Both the position numbers and the translations under genes were made by a program. The notes beneath the pieces are model-generated. The model did not search any database and was not told the DNA's origin. It saw only the letters and a list, made by a program, of their open reading frames with translations. Positions 17,301 to 26,225 of a DNA stretch of 50,363 nt are shown one piece after another (position 1 is the stretch's first letter; each line of letters opens with the position of its first letter). Location of the stretch: positions 1 through 50,363 of the forward strand of contig JABCSY010000018.1 of the NCBI GenBank assembly GCA_018238625.1. Direction: 5' to 3'. The stretch comes from Promethearchaeota archaeon (GTDB lineage Archaea > Asgardarchaeota > Lokiarchaeia > Sigyniarchaeales > SOKP01).

Positions 17301-18551
17301 GTGATAATATTGGATAAGGAATCAGATTTTTTTGCCAAAGGAATGACAGTGGAAGAGAGAGATTTGTATGATCGCCAATTTCGTTTGGAAGGATGGTCTC
17401 AGAATTTGGTAAAAGACTCAAGAGTGTTAATTGTAGGCATTGGTGGGTTAGGTTGCGAAATTGCTAAAAACCTAGCCATGTTAGGTGTGGGCCATTTAGA
17501 TCTTGTTGATTTAGACATTATTGAGCATTCCAATTTGAATCGCCAACTTCTTTTTGTTGATGCAAAGTTAGGAGAACCAAAAGCTATTGTGGCGGCTAAT
17601 AAGCTAATCAAGATTAATCCTAATGTTACTGTAAAAGGATATCATACTTCCTTAGAAAGGTTAGATCCTGCTTTATATCATGCAGCTGATGTTGTTATTG
17701 GAGGTCTTGATTCAATGAATGCTCGTTTGAACCTAAATGCGCAATGTATAAGATTTAGAAAACCATTAGTGGATGGAGGTACATCTGGTTATCACGGACA
17801 TATGTATTCAATCTTTCCGTATCGGAATGCTTGTTATGAATGTAATCCACTACCAGTAGGAGAGAGTGATGAAATGGCGGCTTGTACAGTGGTAGGTATC
17901 CCCCGAAAACGGATTCATTGTGTTTTTAAAGGAGATATGGCGTTTAAAGAAAAATTTGATAGAGATCTGAACCCAAAAAATATAAAAGATATTGAATTTA
18001 TCCAAAAAGTCGCAAATGAATTAGTGAATAAGCATAATTTCCTACCAGAATATACTTCTGATGATATAGTTAAAATCATTGATCGTCATGATCCTGGGAT
18101 CATTACTATTAATGCAGTTATTTCTGCTTTAGAATCACATGAAGCTGTGAAAATCTTGCATTGGAAAAGAGGTCATAAGAGTTTAGGACGGCCCATTTCA
18201 AGTTATGTTATATTTAACGGAATGACAATGAAACTGTATCATATTGAAAAGAAGAGAAATCCGGAATGTTCTCAATGTGGTAAAAATGTAAGGCGTGTTG
18301 CTATAAAAATGAAAGCTCAATCACCCTGTATGAATATAATTAGAACATTGCAAAAAAATGGATATGAATTAGATCCTGAATTTGAACCAGTTGTTACCTT
18401 ACAGGATTTCAATGATATCATGGTTTTAGATTTAGAGCAAAATGTAAGCGAAAATGGTTTAAGAAATTACGAATTTCTAACCGTTGTGGGTTTTAAGGGT
18501 GGAGATATTTATGTTACATTAAAATTAAAACAAAAATTAAATCAAAAATGA
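17301..18551 (+). CDS. ubiquitin-like activating enzyme E1 (Uba2/Uba3-like)
   Basis: LYDRQ, VGIGGLGCE, DLDIIEHSNLNRQLLF, GLDS…AR, CYEC and CSQC zinc ligands, catalytic Cys in ACT…P…HCV. Confidence 0.95.
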   Translation: MIILDKESDFFAKGMTVEERDLYDRQFRLEGWSQNLVKDSRVLIVGIGGLGCEIAKNLAMLGVGHLDLVDLDIIEHSNLNRQLLFVDAKLGEPKAIVAANKLIKINPNVTVKGYHTSLERLDPALYHAADVVIGGLDSMNARLNLNAQCIRFRKPLVDGGTSGYHGHMYSIFPYRNACYECNPLPVGESDEMAACTVVGIPRKRIHCVFKGDMAFKEKFDRDLNPKNIKDIEFIQKVANELVNKHNFLPEYTSDDIVKIIDRHDPGIITINAVISALESHEAVKILHWKRGHKSLGRPISSYVIFNGMTMKLYHIEKKRNPECSQCGKNVRRVAIKMKAQSPCMNIIRTLQKNGYELDPEFEPVVTLQDFNDIMVLDLEQNVSENGLRNYEFLTVVGFKGGDIYVTLKLKQKLNQK

Positions 18552-18615
18552 TTTTTGAGAAAAATCTATTAAATAAAAAGTATAAAAAAAAAGTATAAAA
18601 AAAAGGGTTGAGAAA

Positions 18616-19143
18616 ATGAGTATAAGAACCAGTCGTGTTTCCCGAGATTTTGCGGGATTAAAAAAATTGCTTAAACAAGGTACTATTATCCAATTAAAAC
18701 CATTTAATCCGAAAAAAAAGAGTATTGATCATTTAGCAATCACAATTAAAGGTCCTAAAGGTACAGCTTATGCAGGGGGATTGTTTAAGTTAGAAATGAG
18801 ATTCCCTGCTCAGTATCCTAAGCAACCTCCTTTCGTAAGATTGCATACTCCAATTTGGCATCCAAATTTTTGGGCAAAACCAAGTGAATACAAAGGACAG
18901 AGAAATATTTGCTTAGCTTTAGTAGATCCTTCTTTAACGGGTAAAAAAGGAGGATGGAGTCCTTCAAAAACAGCAAATACTGTTGTTCAAGCAATAATTG
19001 CCATGTTAAACACCCATGGTAAATATGTTAATCCCACTGATGTTTTTAATAAAAAGGCAGCTATAGAAATGATGAAAGATCCGAAATTTTTTGATAAGAA
19101 AGTAAAAGCGTTAACAAAGAAGTATTGCAAGGATAAATGGTGA
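18616..19143 (+). CDS. ubiquitin-conjugating enzyme E2 (UBC fold)
   Basis: GPKGTAYAGGLF, FPAQYPKQPP, IWHPN, ICL catalytic Cys, WSPS. Confidence 0.95.
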   Translation: MSIRTSRVSRDFAGLKKLLKQGTIIQLKPFNPKKKSIDHLAITIKGPKGTAYAGGLFKLEMRFPAQYPKQPPFVRLHTPIWHPNFWAKPSEYKGQRNICLALVDPSLTGKKGGWSPSKTANTVVQAIIAMLNTHGKYVNPTDVFNKKAAIEMMKDPKFFDKKVKALTKKYCKDKW

Positions 19144-19150
19144 ATTAATA

Positions 19151-19939
19151 ATGAATAGTGATGATAATGCGCTCAGAGATGCAATAAAAAAGAAAATTAA
19201 GGAAAAAATTAAAAAGGAATTACTTGAAGAAGTATATACCGAATTACAACTTGAAGAATTGCAGGAAGAATTAACCACTGAAATTATTAGAGCAAAGCCT
19301 TTAGTGCATTCAAAAGAATTTAAAGCCAATCTTGAGCCAATTCCTATGGAACCAATCAAAACTGTAGCTAAAAATGATAAAGTTGAAGTATCTATGACTA
19401 TAAAATCTATCCTTAAGATCGCTAGCCATTCATTAAAATATGCACATTCTAAAATGCGAAGAGAGAATTGGGTTGAAGTAATAGGGTTGCTTGCTGGAAA
19501 ATACGACAATAGAAAAGGAATTCTTCATGTTGAAGATGCGTATCCGATGGGGCATGGTACAGCAGTTTATGCTGAAATCAAAGATTATAAAAATTATGTT
19601 AGAGCCTACAATGATATAAAAAAAAATAATCTGTCTATTTGTGGATGGTATCATTCTCATCCTTCTTATGGATGTTTTATGTCGCGAGAAGACTTAGGAA
19701 CTCAAGCAAGATATCAAAAATTATGGGATAAAGCTATTGCGCTTGTTATAGACCCATATCAGATTAACGGGAAATCTTTAGGTTTTGAAATTTATCGTGC
19801 TAATTTTAAAACAAAAAAATGGTTTTCAATTCCATTTGATATTAAGGGGCATTTAGATGTGAGAATGTTACCAGAAATTTTAGAATTTATAAATCCTATT
19901 ATTGAAGGAAAACCAGTTTATTTAGAATATGATGAATAA
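19151..19939 (+). CDS. JAB/MPN+ metallo-isopeptidase (Rpn11/CSN5-like)
   Basis: EVIGLL plus GWYHSHPSYGCFMSREDLGTQ JAMM motif; ALVIDP. Confidence 0.95.
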   Translation: MNSDDNALRDAIKKKIKEKIKKELLEEVYTELQLEELQEELTTEIIRAKPLVHSKEFKANLEPIPMEPIKTVAKNDKVEVSMTIKSILKIASHSLKYAHSKMRRENWVEVIGLLAGKYDNRKGILHVEDAYPMGHGTAVYAEIKDYKNYVRAYNDIKKNNLSICGWYHSHPSYGCFMSREDLGTQARYQKLWDKAIALVIDPYQINGKSLGFEIYRANFKTKKWFSIPFDIKGHLDVRMLPEILEFINPIIEGKPVYLEYDE

Positions 19940-19970
19940 TAATGAATAGTTTTAAGGTGAAAATTAAACT

Positions 19971-21089
19971 ATGGTAAAAAAAAAAGTGTTAAGGATAATA
20001 GCTATTTTTTTCCTAATAATTGGCTTAACTCATGGTTTAATCTCATATTCTTTAACTATTTTTTTTACTTGGTTATTAATCGGATTATGGATCATATTTA
20101 CAATAAGGATTTTTGAAAATATCAAGCACCACCGTGAGTATAATTCACCGCATAATACTGCATTTTTTGTAATTCTCCCATTATTTATCGGGATTTTTTA
20201 CTCCATATGGGGGTCTTTTACGGGTATATTGGGAGAAAGTCTTATTGATGGCGTGTATTTTAGTTTTTGGAGTCTAATTTTTGCTTTTCCATTCGTAATG
20301 TATGGTTTATATTCTTTATATCGTTGTTTTAAGAAATATAATATAATCTATTTTGGAAAAAAATCAGTAAAAGCAAGGGCGTTGGGATATATTCTATCAA
20401 TCTCAGTTCTTATTTTTATTATTACCTATTGGATAACTTTGTATAGTTTTATTGAATTTCCTCCAGTAGACTTAAATCTCCTATTACTTTTCATAGCTAT
20501 AGTTTTAATATTAATTGTTTTTGGATTTACATCTAATACTGGTTCATCAATACCAACATTAACTCGGGATTACATTGCCGAACGTACTAGAAGGATCAAT
20601 AATTTGACCACACCTTCAACCCAGAGACAAAGAGTACGCACAACACGCACAACTAATACATCTCCATCAACTAGAACAACTACACGTACAACAAGATCTA
20701 GAACTCAATCGTCAAGAACAACTCCTACATCACATAGACAAACGGCAAGGACTAGAACAACAAATACTACTAGTGTTAAACCAACTTTAAAAGTTCGTGA
20801 TCTAAATAAATATAAACCAAGAGCATCATATCTTACAGTAGATGATTTCAAATGTATATTTTGTTTTAATTTACCAAAACTTCCTGGAGATAGAGGAAGA
20901 GGAATTGTTGTATGCCCAAATTGTAGATATCCCGCGCATGCTGATGAATTTAAAGATTGGATGCGAACTTCAAACCTCTGTTCACGTTGTAGTGCTACTA
21001 TACCATCAAGTTTTAGGCGTAATCCTAGAATTATATCTGTAAAAAATTATATGATAATCTATCGACATTTTTTAAAGAAGAAAAGATAA
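19971..21089 (+). CDS. polytopic membrane protein with Thr/Arg-rich linker and C-terminal RING-variant finger (putative E3)
   Basis: About 6 hydrophobic segments; CIFC-x16-CPNC-x4-H-x2-E-x3-W…CSRC; last gene of the E1-E2-JAB run. Confidence 0.75.
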   Translation: MVKKKVLRIIAIFFLIIGLTHGLISYSLTIFFTWLLIGLWIIFTIRIFENIKHHREYNSPHNTAFFVILPLFIGIFYSIWGSFTGILGESLIDGVYFSFWSLIFAFPFVMYGLYSLYRCFKKYNIIYFGKKSVKARALGYILSISVLIFIITYWITLYSFIEFPPVDLNLLLLFIAIVLILIVFGFTSNTGSSIPTLTRDYIAERTRRINNLTTPSTQRQRVRTTRTTNTSPSTRTTTRTTRSRTQSSRTTPTSHRQTARTRTTNTTSVKPTLKVRDLNKYKPRASYLTVDDFKCIFCFNLPKLPGDRGRGIVVCPNCRYPAHADEFKDWMRTSNLCSRCSATIPSSFRRNPRIISVKNYMIIYRHFLKKKR

Positions 21090-21103
21090 GTAAATAAAAA
21101 TTA

Positions 21104-22060
21104 TTACGACAATTTTATAATTTTTCTCAGCTCACCAATACTAGTTTTTAACTCAGAAAAAACATTATGGGGGTGAATTGATTCAAAACTTTCAATTTTA
21201 AAAGTTATTTTAAAATCATCTTCTAGGTTTGGAAAATCTCTTAAAATGAAGTTTTTTGCCATTTCTCTTACTACATCTTCAGAAAATAGCGGTTTTAAAT
21301 GAGCAATTCTGACAAGTTTGGCTTCTTCAGGTCTTTTCAGAACAGACTGTATTTTTCCACTCATCGATTCTTCAATAATATCAATTATATCTAACACATC
21401 TATCTTATTGCTATTTAAATCTTTTATTTGAACAATTATAGTTCCATTTGAACGTTGATTATGAGAGCTAAAAGGTAGGATGTTAAGAAGAGTTTTAACC
21501 ACATCATCAGAAAGGTTAAGATCTTGCCTATTTTTAATAATTTCCTCGGCGTATTCTTGGCTCATTTCCTTAGCACAGGGGCAAACCGTCATACCAACGG
21601 CACTGGCTCCAATGTAATAACTAAAGTCGACTTTGCCTTGTTCTTTCTTCTTTGCTTTTACAAATGAGCTAATCTCATATGCTTTCTGGATGGTTCTCTG
21701 ATGCTCGTCTTTACATTGAACAATTATTTTTCCTTCTAATTTTACATGAATCTTTTCGGTATATGGATGCCGTTCTAACAATTTTCTAGCGATCCTATCT
21801 CCAACTAATTCAACTGATGGAGTGGGTTTAAAAATTACTTCATTTATAATTTCTTCAATAGTTTCTGAGGTTCGCGACATATGTATGCCACGCTGTTGAG
21901 CTGGCAAAGAGATTAAGGCAGATATTTTGGGGTAAAAAGAAAACCGTTTATTTTCATGAATAATCTCAACTTTCTTTTCTACTCCCACGATCCCAACTTT
22001 ATCGATTGGAATATCAACTATCGAACCAGAGCCTTGTAAATCTTTCTTAAACTGATGAAT
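21104..22060 (-). CDS. mptA: GTP cyclohydrolase MptA/FolE2 family
   Basis: QRGIHMSR, GMTVCPC, SHNQRS, LKRPEE, ESIHPH; frame extends upstream through conserved DLQ…IPIDKVGI to an ATT at 22060. Confidence 0.9.
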   Translation of the reverse strand: MHQFKKDLQGSGSIVDIPIDKVGIVGVEKKVEIIHENKRFSFYPKISALISLPAQQRGIHMSRTSETIEEIINEVIFKPTPSVELVGDRIARKLLERHPYTEKIHVKLEGKIIVQCKDEHQRTIQKAYEISSFVKAKKKEQGKVDFSYYIGASAVGMTVCPCAKEMSQEYAEEIIKNRQDLNLSDDVVKTLLNILPFSSHNQRSNGTIIVQIKDLNSNKIDVLDIIDIIEESMSGKIQSVLKRPEEAKLVRIAHLKPLFSEDVVREMAKNFILRDFPNLEDDFKITFKIESFESIHPHNVFSELKTSIGELRKIIKLS

Positions 22061-22171
22061 TAATTAACACCGATTTTTTTGCTCGTTATTTATATGAGGT
22101 ACCAATTTTTATAATTTTTATAATATATTATATTTATTTTATTTATTTTATAAATAAAATTTGAATTAAAT

Positions 22172-23344
22172 ATGACTAAAACTGCGATATATAGCAAATA
22201 TGGTCTAATTGGAGACGATTTAGAGCTAAAAAAAAATATTTCAATAGAAGTAGATAAAGAAGGAAAGATTATTACAATTTCTTGCGATAATATTACGAAT
22301 AACATTGATATCTCGAGGAAAGAACGAAGTACTTTATTAGTTCCAGGATTAATTAATTCCCATATTCATATTGGCGATAGTTTTGCGAAAGAGGAGGGAT
22401 TTAATAAAGATTTAATCGATGTTGTTGCCCCTCCAAATGGACTAAAACATAAATTGTTAGATATAATCGCAAATGAAACTAAAATTGAAGGGATAAAAAA
22501 AGCAGTTTTAGAAATGCTAGCAAATGGCATAACATTCTTTGTGGACTTTCGAGAAAATGGGTTAAAAGGTGTCGATCTTTTAAAAGAAACTTTAAAAAAT
22601 TCTCCCATCAATAAACTCATTTTAGGAAGGGATAATAATTCAGTTGATGTGGAAACTGTGTTTAAAAATGCAGATGGCTTAGGATTTGCTAGTTATAAGC
22701 ATCTTTCACCTAAAATCAAAGAAAAATTAAGTAGTTTAAAAAAAAATTATTTAAATAAAATTATAGCGTGCCACGACGCTGAACTCTCAAGAAACGAGCC
22801 ACTTTTTAACGAAATAATAAACGATGATTTAATTGATGTAATTATACATGGTACTCATTATACAAGAGAAGATTTAGAGAGAATAAAGAGTAAAAATATT
22901 TCTTTAGTTTTATGCCCTCGATGTAACGGTTATTTTGGAGTTGGATTTCCACCAGTAAACGGAATTATAAACCTAAAAATTCCTGCAAGTTTAGGGACTG
23001 ATAATGTAATGGCAAATACGATTGATTTGTTCGAAGAAATGCGCTATCTATATAGAATTTCTCGTGTTTTATCAACTGATAAAAGTAATAATAATCTTTC
23101 TTCAAAAGATTTGTTGAAAATGGTAAGCATTAATGCTGCTAAAAATTTTGGGTTAGAAAATGAATTTGGGTCAATTTCAGAGGGAAAATACGCTGATTTT
23201 TTTTTACTAAATTTATCTGATCCGAACTATTATTCATATAAGATTAATCACAAAAACATTTATCGGATTATTGTTCAAAGATCAAAGTCTGAAAATATCA
23301 GAAAAACATTTATTAAAGGTGAAGTAGTATTTGAAAGGAAATAA
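22172..23344 (+). CDS. amidohydrolase-family metal-dependent hydrolase/deaminase
   Basis: PGLINSHIH, CHDAE, IHGT, LGTDN, GSISEGKYAD. Confidence 0.88.
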   Translation: MTKTAIYSKYGLIGDDLELKKNISIEVDKEGKIITISCDNITNNIDISRKERSTLLVPGLINSHIHIGDSFAKEEGFNKDLIDVVAPPNGLKHKLLDIIANETKIEGIKKAVLEMLANGITFFVDFRENGLKGVDLLKETLKNSPINKLILGRDNNSVDVETVFKNADGLGFASYKHLSPKIKEKLSSLKKNYLNKIIACHDAELSRNEPLFNEIINDDLIDVIIHGTHYTREDLERIKSKNISLVLCPRCNGYFGVGFPPVNGIINLKIPASLGTDNVMANTIDLFEEMRYLYRISRVLSTDKSNNNLSSKDLLKMVSINAAKNFGLENEFGSISEGKYADFFLLNLSDPNYYSYKINHKNIYRIIVQRSKSENIRKTFIKGEVVFERK

Positions 23345-23999
23345 GCATCCTTACGTAATTTTGAGCGCTGCCATGACAATTGATGGTAAAATTGCTTCTA
23401 AGATAGGAGACCCAGATATTTCTGATGAAGAAGACTGGAAAGCCGTACATAAACTAAGAACAGAAGTAGACGCAATTATGGTTGGTAAAGGGACGATATT
23501 AAAAGATAATCCAAAGCTTCATATCAAATATTACGATCATAGCGGATATTATCGAATTGTGTTAGATAGTACTCTTTCAATACCAATTGATTCAAATGTG
23601 ATAAAATATAAACCAGAAACTTACCCTACGATCATTTGTATAACTGAAAATGTTCCATTGGAGAAAATAAAAGAATTCGAATTAAAAAACATTAAGATTA
23701 TAAAATCAGGTAAAAGGAGCAGAGTTGATGTGGTTAAACTAATGTTAATTTTATATCAAAATGGTATTAAAAAGATTCTATTAGAGGGAGGAGGCAATTT
23801 GAATTGGAGTTTTATTAAAGATAATTTAGTAGACGAAATAAGACTAACAATTGCTCCTTGGATCGTTGGCGGTATTGATGCTACTAGCCTAGTAGAGGGG
23901 GAGGGTTTTTCAAAAATGATTGAAAGCCCTAGATTTATCTTATCTGATGTGGATCATAGAAATAATTACGTAATTCTAAAATATAAAAAAGGAAAATGA
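23331..23999 (+). CDS. arfC: 2,5-diamino-6-ribosylamino-4(3H)-pyrimidinone 5'-phosphate reductase (RibD C-terminal type)
   Basis: AMTIDGKIA, HKLR…DAIMVG…DNPKL, LLEGGG, LVDE. Confidence 0.9.
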   Translation: MKGNKHPYVILSAAMTIDGKIASKIGDPDISDEEDWKAVHKLRTEVDAIMVGKGTILKDNPKLHIKYYDHSGYYRIVLDSTLSIPIDSNVIKYKPETYPTIICITENVPLEKIKEFELKNIKIIKSGKRSRVDVVKLMLILYQNGIKKILLEGGGNLNWSFIKDNLVDEIRLTIAPWIVGGIDATSLVEGEGFSKMIESPRFILSDVDHRNNYVILKYKKGK

Positions 24000-25108
24000 C
24001 GGAAGACATTAAAAAAGTAAAAGAATTAAAATCTTTATCAATCAGAAAGCTAAAAGAAAAAGTTAATGAAATAAAAAATGAGTTAGATAAAGAAGAACAA
24101 AAAATTATAACCTTTTCTAAGAATTTCACCCTTTCCCTTTCTAACTATTGTCAAAATCAATGCGGATATTGTTTTTATAATCATAGGATCGCTAAGGAAA
24201 CAGGGGAAAAGAATGTTGTGTTAATTGAAGATGAAAAAGTTGATTTGATCACTCAAAATGCGGCAAAATATGGATGTAAGGAAGCTCTATTAATGTCGGG
24301 TGAACTTCCAGATAGCTTTCAAATAGTTCAGAAAGAGTTAAAAAAAAGAAATTTTGGAGATTTCCTACAATTTGTTAAAAATCTAAGCACAAATCTATTA
24401 AACGTGAATTTTTTACCCCATACCAACATTGGCATGCTTACATTTGAGCAATTAAGATGTTTAAAGGAATATAACGCTAGTATGGGTTTAATGTTAGAGA
24501 GCACTTGCAAAAATCTTTTTAAAAGCGGTGGAGTTCACGAAAATTCGCCTGGCAAAATACCTGAAAATCGAATCGAACATATTGAAAGTGCGGGAAAGCT
24601 AAAAATTCCCTTCACTACGGGTTTATTATTGGGAATTGGAGAGAGTTTTGAAGATAGGATAAAAGATCTGTTTTTAATTAAGGAAATCAATCTTCAATAT
24701 GGTCACATACAAGAAGTTATCATACAAAACTTTATAGAGAAAAAGGGTATACGATATAATCCAAGAACCCCCATAACTATTGAAGAAACCCTCAAAACGG
24801 CTGGAATCGCAAAACTAATATTTGAAAACGAGATTGCCATTCAAGTACCGCCTAATTTAATCCAGAATTACGAAAAAGAAGCCATCGAAATGGGCGTTGA
24901 TGATTTTGGTGGAATATCCCCTTTTACTTTAGATTATATCAACCCAGAACATCCTTGGCCTAAAATTGATTATTTAAAAAAGATTTGTGAAAAAAAAGGG
25001 TATAAACTGGAAGAAAGACTCCCAATATATAAAAAATTTATCAATAAAAAGGGATTCTGCTCCATAAATATTAAAAAAACCATAGATAATATTAATCAAA
25101 ATGTCTGA
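23996..25108 (+). CDS. cofG: FO synthase subunit 1 (radical SAM)
   Basis: ITFSKN, CQNQCGYC, LPHTN, SMGLMLE, FTTGLLLGIGE, HIQEVIIQNF, QVPPNL, NPEHPWP. Confidence 0.93.
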   Translation: MTEDIKKVKELKSLSIRKLKEKVNEIKNELDKEEQKIITFSKNFTLSLSNYCQNQCGYCFYNHRIAKETGEKNVVLIEDEKVDLITQNAAKYGCKEALLMSGELPDSFQIVQKELKKRNFGDFLQFVKNLSTNLLNVNFLPHTNIGMLTFEQLRCLKEYNASMGLMLESTCKNLFKSGGVHENSPGKIPENRIEHIESAGKLKIPFTTGLLLGIGESFEDRIKDLFLIKEINLQYGHIQEVIIQNFIEKKGIRYNPRTPITIEETLKTAGIAKLIFENEIAIQVPPNLIQNYEKEAIEMGVDDFGGISPFTLDYINPEHPWPKIDYLKKICEKKGYKLEERLPIYKKFINKKGFCSINIKKTIDNINQNV

Positions 25109-26225
25109 AATATATAGTCACATCAAACCAGATATTAAAAAAATTCTCAAAAAAGCGGAAGATTCGGAAGAAATCAGTCAAGATGAGGCTCTTAAACTAT
25201 TAAAAGTTACAGGGAAAGAATTTTTTGCTTTGCAACAAATAGCTGATCAGATTTGTTTTGAGAAGAAAAGTAATCTTGTAACATTTATTATAAATCAAAA
25301 TATAAATTTTACAAATATCTGTTATCAAGATTGTAAATTTTGCTCTTTTAGTGTTTCAAATAAGGATAAAGAAAGTTTTTTACAAACTCATGAAGAAATT
25401 AGAAAAAAAATAATTAAGGCTAAAGATGCTGGATGTACGGAGGTTTGCATCCAAGGTGGAATAAATCCCGAACTTGATTTTGACTATTACCTAAAAATTT
25501 TAAAGATTGTAAAAGAAGTTGATGCTAAAATGCATACGCACGCTTTTTCACCTCAAGAAGTTTTTTATATGTCAAAATTATATGGAGCTTCTATTGAAAA
25601 TACATTAAAAGAATTAAAGAAAGCGGGATTAGATTCAATGCCCGGCACTGCCGCTGAAATTTTAGTTGATGATGTTAGGAAAATCATATGCCCCAATAAA
25701 TTATCAACATCTCAATGGATTAATGTGATAAGTACAGCTCATAAATTAAATATCCCTACTACTTCAACTATGATGTATGGTCACATCGAAGATTTACGAG
25801 ACAGAATCAAACACCTTGAAGTGTTAAGGGAGATTCAAAAAGAGACTTCAGGTTTTACTGAATTTGTTCCTTTGCCCTTTATTAAGGAAAAACCAATACT
25901 ATCGACCTTAACAGACTTCCCTTTAAAACCGAGTTTTGGAATGGCAGATTTGAAACTCTTCTGTGTAGCAAGAATATTTTTTAACAATTACATTGATAAT
26001 ATTCAATGTTCTTGGGTTAAATTGGGTCCAAAATTTGCTCAAGTATCTCTTAATTACGGAGTAAATGATTTTTCTGGGACGCTAATGGAAGAAAATATAT
26101 CAAAAAGTGCAGGAGCTGAATTTGGAGAGTATTTATCTCCAGAGGAAATGATTGAAATTATTAAAGCTACAGGAAAACGCCCAGCACAGAGAGATACGTT
26201 ATATAAAATCTTAAAATTTCACTAA
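25101..26225 (+). CDS. cofH: FO synthase subunit 2 (radical SAM)
   Basis: NINFTNICYQDCKFC, SMPGTAAEIL, FTEFVPLPF, NIQCSWVKLG, GTLMEENIS; overlaps cofG. Confidence 0.93.
   Translation: MSEIYSHIKPDIKKILKKAEDSEEISQDEALKLLKVTGKEFFALQQIADQICFEKKSNLVTFIINQNINFTNICYQDCKFCSFSVSNKDKESFLQTHEEIRKKIIKAKDAGCTEVCIQGGINPELDFDYYLKILKIVKEVDAKMHTHAFSPQEVFYMSKLYGASIENTLKELKKAGLDSMPGTAAEILVDDVRKIICPNKLSTSQWINVISTAHKLNIPTTSTMMYGHIEDLRDRIKHLEVLREIQKETSGFTEFVPLPFIKEKPILSTLTDFPLKPSFGMADLKLFCVARIFFNNYIDNIQCSWVKLGPKFAQVSLNYGVNDFSGTLMEENISKSAGAEFGEYLSPEEMIEIIKATGKRPAQRDTLYKILKFH

Noticed and set aside
18573-18604. aaaaagtataaaaaaa tandem repeat upstream of E2
   Set aside because: Low-complexity poly-A slippage; no evidence of function
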